Assembly (NCBI GenBank): GCA_012026655.1
Contig: JAAILG010000370.1
Location: 1-64,000, forward strand
Reading direction: 5' to 3'
Length of the DNA: 64,000 nucleotides
Source of the DNA: Hydrolagus affinis
Taxonomy: Eukaryota
Part shown: positions 48,920 to 60,100 of the stretch, one piece after another
Layout: the number at the start of each line of letters is the position of its first letter
Position numbering within the stretch: position 1 is the first letter of the stretch
Notes under the pieces: generated by a model
The model's input: the letters and a program-made list of their open reading frames with translations, nothing else
Database searches by the model: none
What the model was told of the DNA's origin: nothing
Made by a program: the position numbers and the translations under genes

Positions 48920-50741
48920 TACTGTTTGAGATTAGCTGAAACTGTTGGACTTTATTGAAAGAGACTACTTCAAAGCAAGCTAACTCTTGTCACTACCAAC
49001 TAAGTGAAGGGATGCCATTATAACGGTGTGAGTTCTATGCAAGGAGTATTTACTATTGTTTCTGTTGTAACCAAGGTGTGCTCATATGCAGTTGATAGTT
49101 GGTACGAAATTGGTTTAAAAAAAACAGGTTGAAAGACTAAATGTTTTTTTAATTAAAAAGTCTAAAGTTAATATTTTTCAGTTACTGTTTAGGGGTTAAG
49201 TTTAGAATTCTGGATGTAATAATTCACTGCTTCCTCCAGCCCCTTAACTATACAAAATTAAGTTCTGTATTACAGTACTCAGCAAGTCTATACATATTTG
49301 GACCATTACACTGTTATGAAATGTACAGTATTACTTTGAATTACAGTGTAATGATCTAAGTAAGTTATGGTTTGCATATTGTCATGTAACGGAGGCTATC
49401 TTGAAGTGAAGGCAATTTAAGAATCAGCAATTTAATCCTTTTTAATCCAATCAAGTTGAAATATTCTAATGGTAAACAACCCGCTCAAGTATGCATTTTT
49501 AAATTGAAAGATTACTTTTTAAATGCTACTTTGGACACGGTGTTTAGAGCATCTTCGGGTTAATATGATAAACCTGTATCTCTTTGAAATCTATTAAATT
49601 AATGAAGTGGAATGACTGGCAAATTACTACCAGCCTGATATACTGAAAGTCTTTATTCTGTTAAAATATGGGCTTCAAGGAGTTGAAAGATTCCTAACCA
49701 GAAATAATTCAGCTTATTATATAGATTTAGCGTAACGGTAGTTATTTGGATGCAGAAATTTTTTTGCAGACCAAGACAGTGCTGTACACTTTTTCAATAA
49801 AAATGAAGGAGATAAACTCATACTTAATGTCCATTGATGCGCAAGACACCTTTGTGATACTTTCTTCACCTCCCCACCCCACCCCACCCATCCCATCATA
49901 TATATTTAGATATGATTAAAAATGCTAGGTGTGCACTGAAGGGAAGAATATGTATTATTTCACAAATGTCTACTTGCAGAGATGGGAAGCTGCTGCAAAA
50001 TATATGAAGATTGTTAAAATAATTCATGAGAATTCATGTGTGGACCAGTCACCAACCCTTTGTGAGCCAGAATATGAGACTGATGGCATGATAAAATGGC
50101 AAACCTGGTCTCAATACATGAAGACAAGGTAGGAAGGGAGTTTCAAGGGCAGTAACACAAGTTAAATTCAGGTCATGTCATCAAAAGGGAGTAAATCTCG
50201 AGACACTTGTACACATCTGTACCGTTCATGACTGACTGCCTTTAATTTTTTCCTACCATTTGTTATTTTTATAATGTATACAGTTGTAATTTTTATTTTC
50301 TTGAAGTTTGTAAAGTTCCCAGTGTTCAGAACCAATTCATTATCCTTGTAAAGTCATGCCATTATATGCATATTACAAGACCTTGTAAGCAAAGTAATGA
50401 TATTGATCATGTGACTGGTGAAACAGTATTACAAGGTTCTTTATGCAATGAGTATTGGGTTGTCCACACCCTTATGTATATTATATAAAATTACCAGAGT
50501 AACCGCTGATAAAAAAAAATAGGTTTACAGATATGGTGTTGAGATTTTATTGTAGAAAATGGTTTACAGACTTTTACTGTAATTTCTTACTGTCTGCATA
50601 GTAAAGCTTCATATTCTTGCTAATGTATTCCTGTTAAATTGTGTACAGCTTTTACGGGCAATGACAAGTAAAATTGGAAAAATTTCTGTACCTATCGGTA
50701 TTTGTAATTGCAGTGCTAGGAAATGCAACTCATATTTTTGC

Positions 50742-50747
50742 AATAAA
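50742..50747 (+). terminator. Candidate USP54 polyadenylation signal (AATAAA)
   Basis: AATAAA preceded by several TGTA elements and followed by GT/T-rich sequence; an alternative AATAAA lies at 49796-49801. Confidence 0.45.
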
Positions 50748-53010
50748 GTATCTATAATGTGCTAATAATGAGCAATGCCTTTGCCTGGTATGTGAACAGT
50801 GACATTCTTATTTTCATTTTTGTGAACAAGATACTAAGCTTGAATGTAGCCATAAGGTGCTTTAGTCTGGACAGTGGTCCTCTGGTTTTTAATGAGGAAA
50901 CGTCATAGCCGATCAGAAGGTATTTTCTCTACTTGGCTCTGACCCTGAATCAGGAAGCACAATTAGGTAGTTGGTTATTGCCACCTGGATATCGTGACCG
51001 TACTTAAACGCCATTTTTAACAGGAAATGGAAGCACAACATCATGATAGGAATATTGTGGCAAGGCTGAAGGAGGAGACAAGTAATTAAATTGAAGTTGT
51101 GTTGAGTGAATTATGCCTTGTGGCTGTTATGCTTGAGGATGTGTATGGCATACAAGTAGCTGAAGCCTATTGTGAATGTAAGGTAACTTGCTGACAATGG
51201 GGGCAGCATTATAATTACAGTAAGGGTAGCAGCATAATAAAACAAAATTGTACACAGGCATTAATGTTTCTAAGAGGAAGATCTGGCACAATGAGAGCCG
51301 AAAGAGTGTTGAAGGTGGAGGACCTCTGACAATACATTTACTGATAGCAGCAAAGAAGCAATGGGAAGGCTTTGATCGCAATGTAGCATGTACCTCTAGC
51401 CATGTTTGTAAACTTCACTCATCGTTTTATAAACTTGAATAATGATAAATGAACATTCACAAAACATTTGGTCGCTCAATTATAGCTGAATTATTTCATT
51501 TGTGTGCAATTGGCTGAAGCATTTTTGCCCACAAGGTACAAGATACTGTACAGTCAATTAATTCACTTTACAACACATTCTTTAAAACACTTTGAGATGT
51601 GATAAGACTCTATATCAACTGCAAAGGTTACTTCACTGCCCTGATCTTACACAGTTCAGAGGTATTTTTGTCCTTGTGGCACTGGGAAGACAGCGAGGTT
51701 TGAATAAAAGCCAATATTGTTCCCAGGAGAGTAACAGTGGGACCTCATTGAACAACTGAGCTCTCAAATTGAACAGTTCAAGCCATGTGTATAACTAGAA
51801 CAGTTGTTTTCAGTGCTATATGAAGTTTGTCATTTGTTATACACTTGAGAAATCCATGTTCAACAATTTCATACCATGTAGTGGCAAATGGAATTATCTT
51901 ATTAGATTGTCCTACTATTGTCTGTCAAATTCTACATTTTTGTATTAAAATATTTAAGTTCCTCCATTTGTTATGTGACTGACTTAGGAGAGATCTCCCT
52001 GTTAAATGGATACATGCTTTCTTTTGAGCTGTTTTAATATCTTTCAGGATATTAAAACTTAGTTTTAATGAATAAAAACACAATGTTCAAAGATCTGCAA
52101 TCTGAAAATACAGTAGTAGTATTGCTAGGAAAAATGGAGGAGTGCTATTATTGAATTCTTGATTACTTTTAGAGGATGGGGAAGGGAAAGTAAGACAGAG
52201 ACTGAATAACTTCAATTTCACCTTCTGCTCATACAAATACATTGTATTTTTATGGAGAGCTTTAAAATATTACACAAGATTCTATGGAATATAACAAGTT
52301 TATCTCCCTTGCACTTTTACACTTTGCATAAATGTAAATATTTGATGGATTTAACAAATCCTGCATAAAGATGTTGACTTTGAATTACGGATCACTGCAG
52401 CAACAACAGCTACATTTATGGAGCACCTTTCACATTGGGCTGACTTTCCAAGTTACTGGACAGTCGAGTTTACTCCTGAGCTGGTTGTATTCAAGAGGGG
52501 TGGGAGGAAGATCGAAGGAGTGATTGTAGAGGAAAGTCTTGAGAAGATACTGTACTGTTAAAGCAGAAAGTGTTCTTGGAGAAGCTGTTGATCTCAAAAG
52601 TGCTGAAAAGGGAAAACGTATGGTACATCAGGAAAGCACAACAGCTTCTGAACATTTAGGTGAAAATTGGAAAAGTGAAAGAAGCAAGGTTTGCTATCTA
52701 GATCTTCAATCGGTTTTACTGGGCTATGAAAAAATAAATCCCAATAGGAAAGTATTTTGTGATGTTTGACCTGGTAAACTTACTTAGTACCTGATTAAAA
52801 GCAACTGAATAAGAGACAAAGCAGTGTGTGCGTTAAACAGATAGCATTCAGTTAAGGTTTTTTTCATGCATTTTTATTTCATTTAATTCCCCATCCACCC
52901 CCTTCGCTGAGTCACACCGTTCTCTTCTGTCAAGAAGGTGTGAGAGTCATCGGGGGGGAGGGAGCGGCAGCGGCTGGTAGTGGGGGATCTCTTTTTCCAA
53001 ACACAAAAAA

Positions 53011-53060
53011 CAGCTTTCATTAACCAGGACAGTCTATCCTGTCCTGGTTAATGAAAGCTG
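53011..53060. repeat. Perfect 22-bp inverted repeat with 6-nt loop
   Basis: cagctttcattaaccaggacag-tctatc-ctgtcctggttaatgaaagctg. Confidence 0.97.
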
Positions 53061-53441
53061 ATGCATCTAATGGTGCAGTGATCAGTGACCAAATACAAAT
53101 GATTGTTTTGGGGGACACGTGCGCACATTGGCCAACAAATATATGCAGTCACACCAGGCACTATATCAAATGCTAGAATTATTATAATTATCTCTGCTTG
53201 TACACGGACTGGATTATTTAATTATTTATTTGTGCAGTGAAATTACTGAGGATAACTTTTTAATTAGAAAAAAAAATGTTTTTTTTAAATAAAAGTATTT
53301 TTGTATGAGCCGAAAATAGATATTTGAATTTTATTTCCTCTGGCTTAATCTAACGTGGTTATTAAATGAATTTGATCACAACTGGATGCCACTGTACATA
53401 CTAGGAAGAAACTAACAATCCATTCTGACCAACTGGCATTG

Positions 53442-53525
53442 AATAATAATAATCCTTGCATTTCACGTATTCTAGATATCTCAAAGTGCTTCACAGAATG
53501 CACAGTGACTATTTGTGAGTGAAAT
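53442..53525 (-). mobile_element. SINE tail fragment
   Basis: aataataataatccttgcattt..ttctagatatctcaaagtgcttcacagaat. Confidence 0.75.
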
Positions 53526-54018
53526 GCCTGTGAGATTGGGTATATAGGTGATAATATTTGATAGCAAGACCCAAGTGTATTGGTAATGAAAGAGAGTATT
53601 CATTTTGCAATCCTATACATTAGAGAAATATTAGTTTGTGGATTAGTTCTCTCAAACAAATAACGCTATTTTTCTATATGACAATGATATCAATCTGAGC
53701 TTTGTGTTCCATTATTATGCAAGGGGCTCATGTTATGTCTTAAATGAATGGGACTATGCTTAAATGAATATTGGAGAGGTTTTTTTTACAATTGATTCAA
53801 CATTAACAAAACATAACTTGATACTCTCTTAAACAACATTGTTTCCAATGATAATTTGTTAACTTAATAACATCTTTTGAACAATTTCTTTACGTTTCTG
53901 AAAAAGTTCTCTAAACTACTTTTTAATTCATTAACAAATTGAAGTGCTTCTAGTGCATTCCTCACGTAATGTATATTCATAGCAGAACAGATAGTCTTTG
54001 GTCTAAGGGGACAACATT

Positions 54019-54166
54019 CTATTTCCACCTATTAACTCTAAGAAGCTGCACAAATGCTAGGAACATGAAAACTATCATCAGACAGAAAAGTGCAAGTTCA
54101 TTTTGCCAGAAGCCCCAAGGACTGTAATTGATTCCTTGCTGGTCCAGGTACATCTCACCATAGAAT
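54019..54166 (-). CDS. ABCG2: ABCG2-like terminal coding exon (TM6)
   Basis: [48 protein letters not shown]. Confidence 0.95.
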
Positions 54167-57100
54167 CTGGAAACAAAAATGGAATACGAATTGTCAAAGG
54201 AGAAGTGAAGAATGAGAATTAACATTTTTTTAAAAAACGTATATGATTAGGAAGGAAAAAAAACTTACGGTGTTGTATTTAAATAATATATTTGTCCTTT
54301 TAATTCATTGATTGCGAGTGACTATGAGAAGAAAGAAAACATTAATTGGAATAGGAGTCCTCTAACACCCCACCCACCATCTAATTGTGTTCTCATTTTA
54401 GCTGCTTAATATGCTCGTTAGATACCCTGAACACATCCTGATATGATTTGTTTTCCTGAATCCTTCCTACCTCATCCATATGGCCTGCTCATTCTTTCTT
54501 CTGATCTCAAATTAAGAGATTCAATGCTGGATTGGAGAGGTAGCCTACCTAGACTATGTGCTCAGGTCCTAATGTGGGGACTGAACCCTTGTGACCCAGA
54601 GGTGAAAACTAAGTCAAGCTGACACTGGTAACATCAGTGTGTGAAGGAATAAAGGAACAAAGCAGCACCTTCCTGCACACCAGGGCAGGTGGTGGCATTT
54701 CAACCTTGTGGCAACCAGGATAAACTTACATGGGATGAAACATTTTTTAAATAGTTGAGATCCTTCACCATGGTTTACATCTATTGAGAAGATCTTGGGA
54801 CATCCTCCCAACGTGAAAGGTGCTCTATTATTGTAAAAAAAAATTAAAAAGAGAAATCTTACATTCAAACCATAGCGGAATATACTGATCCATTTCAGCC
54901 ATGAAAGCCAGTCCAACATGCCATTTAGATTCACCAAGAAACCTCCAAAAACCTACAAACATAAATGTTGTGTTACACTTCTCTAACATATAAGTAATTG
55001 AAAATGTTAGCAAGCAACTGACTGAAAAGCAGATCCTTACCATCATCAAGACATAGGGGAGGGCGATGAGGGCATTGGCAGCTGCAAATGTGTCAACACT
55101 CGCACTCACAAAGAAAGCCAGACTCACTGCCGCCAGGCTGGTAAGACACATGGTCAAAACAAAAAGGAAAAAGGATGCAACGTCTTCTTTCAACCCTGCA
55201 TTTAAGGATAAAATATGGCATCAAGCAAGGGAGGAATTATACTTGTTTCATTGAATAATAAGTTTAGAAATGGACAAGAGGATAATAATAATCCTTGCAT
55301 TTGATATAGTGCTTTTCACATCTTATTGATGTCTCAAAGCGCTTCACAGAATATACTGTAAAGTGAATTGACTATCTCCTGTTTTTGGAATTCGTGAAAG
55401 GATTCCAAAGTGACAACAGTGACAATCGCTGCAATGCAGCATCAAGTAGATAGCACGGATCCCTTAATTAAAGTATACTTCATTGCCATATATACAGTAA
55501 AAGCCCGTTTATCCGTGACTCGATCAACCGGAACTTCCGCATAACCAAAAGTCCCCATCCGATTAACCGGATGTTATCTGGCACAATCGCGGTGGCGCAT
55601 CTAATGAATTGATTGTTGCACGAGAGTACTATAAGGTATTTTGGCTTGATGCTAGTAGAGCCTTAAAGTCGCACTGCAGTTTTTTTCCCTCGCGTGGTGT
55701 CCGCCATTGCAGAAGTTATCGATAGACTGTACACCTCCATCCCAGCATCATGGCTTCAAACCAGGCATCTACCAACAAAGGTGATTTTTAGGTGAATAAC
55801 AAAGATGTTATTATTTAGTCTATTATTAATATGGTATGTGTTAAAATAAGTTTTTTTTTGTGTGTTGAGTTTTTGGCATCGGATCCGACTGAATATCCAG
55901 CATGCCGTTTAACCAGCATTGACCATGTCCCACGGGTGCCGGATAAACGGGCTTTTACTGTAAATAGATACTGAGAATGTATCACAAAATGCAATCAAAG
56001 GGACATTTCTTCAGTTTTATGATGAAATCGCATGAATCACTAATATATTATCCCAAAACATGACAGCATTTTACTGACAATTCCTCCTTGAACTATGGGC
56101 AAGTATGAAAGGTCAGACCAATGGAATAGCTCCAGGATTAGATTGCCAAAACTGCTCCTCATAGAGAATGTGTGAGTAAGATCTCACCAGAAAAAAAATC
56201 AACTACTGGCCTACCAGAGATGGTATCCTAACAACAGCTTTATTCTAAACTCTGTGAAACCATCAGGTCCCACAGTTAAAAATCTCCCCAGCGGTTACAT
56301 CCATTAGTCCATCAAAACAGCAATTTATATTACTTCCTTGAAATCATTCAGAGGGTCCATTATATTATGCACAATCCAAAAAATATAAGGAAACAATTGT
56401 TGGATGCATTTTCTGTCTATATTGCAGGCAAACATTTAACACAATATGGGCCCATTAGGGCCTAGTTTTGAATTGTAACATTTTGATTATCAATGGTATA
56501 GTATTTCAATTTGTTTTTTTGTGAGATGCAGATAGACTTACCCATCATGAAGTAGGATATAGCTGAAAGTGCAAAAATTGGTATGATACGATTAGGTATC
56601 AGATCAGCTATGATTTTGGATAGGAAGTATGCAGAGGTCCGGTAATAACCACTTGAATTTTCATGTCTATTAAAAAAATTTATGTTGTCTATAACATGGA
56701 TGTTATCACACAAATAAAACAAGCCTTAGGAATAGAACATGCAAGAAATGTTCACTCTTATATATTTCATTGAAATTTAAAACACTATAATATTGTACAG
56801 AAGATAATTCCAATATTGCAGATTGTCCTTGTGAGGATACAAAAGCAGATTTTTGAAAGTAGCCAAATACCCAGGACTCAAAAGAGTTAAGATGTTTAAA
56901 AAAAAAACACATTATGGGTCATGATGATTTGGGAACCAATGTGTTATTTCCATGTTGCTGGCAGCGCCTTTGATTTGACTGTAACTTAAACAAGGGATAA
57001 CAGCATTGTCAGCCTCAAACTATTTATGAACCCAGTTATAAGGCTCCACAAAGGTTAAGGTGCAAATAATTGGTTTCTATAAATCATTCAAAGAAGGTTG

Positions 57101-60100
57101 TGTTAAAATAACCCCCCCAAAATGACATATTTGAAAAATCAAGACACACTAAAAATGTTGATCACTGATGATAACTTGGATCAATAATATAATGCTTTGA
57201 GATTATCCGTGAAGGCTGGATAATCACTGTTACTATTTCATTTCAGACCTCTGTAATCACTATTTGTTGTGTACTCTTATCAATAGAAAACAANNNNNNN
57301 NNNNNNNNNNNNNNNNNNNNNNNNNNNNNNNNNNNNNNNNNNNNNNNNNNNNNNNNNNNNNNNNNNNNNNNNNNNNNNNNNNNNNNNNNNNNNGAGCTGG
57401 GAGGGGAGTGTTTGGGCGGGGGTGAAACACAAAGGGGAGGTCGAAGAATTCGGGGGGGAACAAAAGGCACGGTCGAAGAGGAAAGTCTTCAAGCCGGCCT
57501 TGAAAGAGGAAAGGGAAGAAACGAGACGGAGGGATTGGGGGATAGAATTCCATAGGGTGGGAGCAAATGCAGCAAAGGCAAATTTATGCTATTGGCTTCA
57601 CATGAAAAACATGTGAATGTTTTTATCTGCAATAGATAAACCTGTAAGCAACAATATAGTGTTGCATAACAGTCACACCCTCGGAAGGTACACAGTCCAA
57701 CGTAATATAATTTTGGGTGATACATATTGACATATAAGTTGCAAATCAAGATTGTGTGTTCTGATTCAGAATAATGTGCTTTGAGCTTCTTAGTGGAAAA
57801 AGTAAAAGCTACAAGTACAGTATGTCACCTGAAGCATCCAAGGCTCCACCCTGTGTGGGTCATTGTTATCAAGTATAGTTGTTCTCTATTTATAGACAAA
57901 TTGACTGATTTTTCCCACGTCAAGATTGTAAAATCCTATGAAGTGATGACAAATTATCTGGTGGATTGTTGGTTAGTGCCATTGGATCTTTAATGGGAAG
58001 GGTTATCTTAATATTGCTAGTATGTTTGTGACAATGTAATTTATGTTTTCTATTCATCTACCATATGTGCATAACAACAATTTGCACCTATATAGCGCCC
58101 TCTGCGCAAGGGAGCATCTCAGAATACTTAACAGTGGCAGAGCCAAAGCATAAGGACAACTCTTATCAACTTACATGAAGAGTACTTTTTCCTTGATGAA
58201 GAGGTCCACTGCTGAAAGGTTGCCAAAAACTTGGTTGATTATCAAGAAGAAAAAAGCACCAATTCTGCAGAATCAAAAGAAGCACCAATGAGATTTGATA
58301 CGAAGATAAAGTTAAGGAGAACTCAGGGTGATAATTTGTGCTAAAATTTTACACTGCGGTTGTTTCCTGATTTTAGCCGTGTCTGGTCATCTGATCAGTG
58401 GAAGTGTGAGCCAAGTTAAAATTGTTCATCATTCTATACATCCAATAGGGAACAAAATCTTTGCCCTTTCGGTGTGGCTTTGGCACAGAAGAGAAAGGGA
58501 CCTCAACAGCGGGCAGTGCAAGAAAATAACACTTGCAAATATGCTACAAAATACTGTCATTGTTTGGATATTAAATCGTATATAATGCTTAAAGAAATGT
58601 ATTTTATAAAGTGGCACCAGTATGTTTAATATATTATGTTTTTCCTACCTGTTTTGCAAAGCCTCCGGCATCGTGTTGGGTATTTGAAAAAAAATAAGCC
58701 CATTCAAAATACCAAAGAATATCATCATGATCACTTGACCAACTGAAGTCTGTGGGTTCCTTATGTAATTCTTCACAGTGCGCCCACCCACTACATACAG
58801 CTAAGTATACGAGAGAGAAAAATAAAGCAGCAACACGAAGGAGAACACAATGACACACAATGAGAAAACATTGATCACATGTATGTTGGATCTGCAATTA
58901 GCAAGAGCAAGTAACCAACAAAAATACATGAGAGAGATGTATCTACCTGGTTCCAAAAGGAAGTTGGGTAAGAGTTTGTTTTCACTTTTAACATTGAGTC
59001 TGTTGATGTGTGTATCTTTTTCAGCTCCTTCTCAACCTCGTCATAGTAGCGAGATTGCTCATAACCATGAACCAAGTAGCTCTTATCAGAGCTGGAATCC
59101 ACTGTTACGTAAGTAGTGACAACAGGGGCTTGAAAAAAAAACAAATGTTTACTATGATATTCCACTAGCTCGTGTACTTGCAAATGACATTTAGAGTTAT
59201 TTCCAGCATGCTGTAAATAAACCCCTCATATAGAGATGATTGTTGCAAATGGTGAAATTACCGGGTTCCTATATACTCCAATGTAAACAGAGATGTGTGG
59301 AGGAATAAAACCTACGTAAGTTTCACCCCACCCATACCAATAAACCATTAATAAATGAAGCAAAGTAGTTGTCCTTTGCTAATAAACATCACACCCTATA
59401 TGATGTATTCTTAGGTTGTTTTCTCTTCTGTCCTCCTTCCTTCCCATACCTTCCATCATAAGCAAATTCTAATTGGCAGTCTCCTACTGGGTGCGCAGTA
59501 TTAAGTATTTATAATGATCTAAAGAAAACATTTTGGTTCTCACCTGAATTGGAATTTTCAAGGGAAGATGTAATTGATCCATTGATAACATCCAAGAAAA
59601 AATCTGAAGGATTGTTGTAAGGCTCACACACGTATCCTATCAATGAACAATTTACACAGATTCTTATCATGATCCTTGTAAACACCAATATACATCAAGT
59701 TAACAACAATAATAATAATCCTTGCATTTGGTCCAGCGCCTTATCACATCTTTGAGAGACCTCAAAGCACTTCATAGAATATACTGTAATGTAAATTGAC
59801 TATATTTTGTGGGTGAAACGTGACAGCGCACAACAGTGTCCTACAAACTGTCATGAGTACTTATATTGAGTACTCCACTAGCTGATATTAATTCACCATT
59901 CAACCTATAAAAACTATAAGTGAAAACAGAGCAATTTATTGTTGGGGTAACAAAGTTAGGAAGATTTTCTATTCATTACTCACTGAAAACTTGATACGGT
60001 GAGTCAGTTAGAGAAACATGATTTCTCTATTACCTTCATCCCCCTCCAGTTGAGCTTTTCACAAGCAAATGTTAAATATTGAAACTTCTTACCAATTTCC

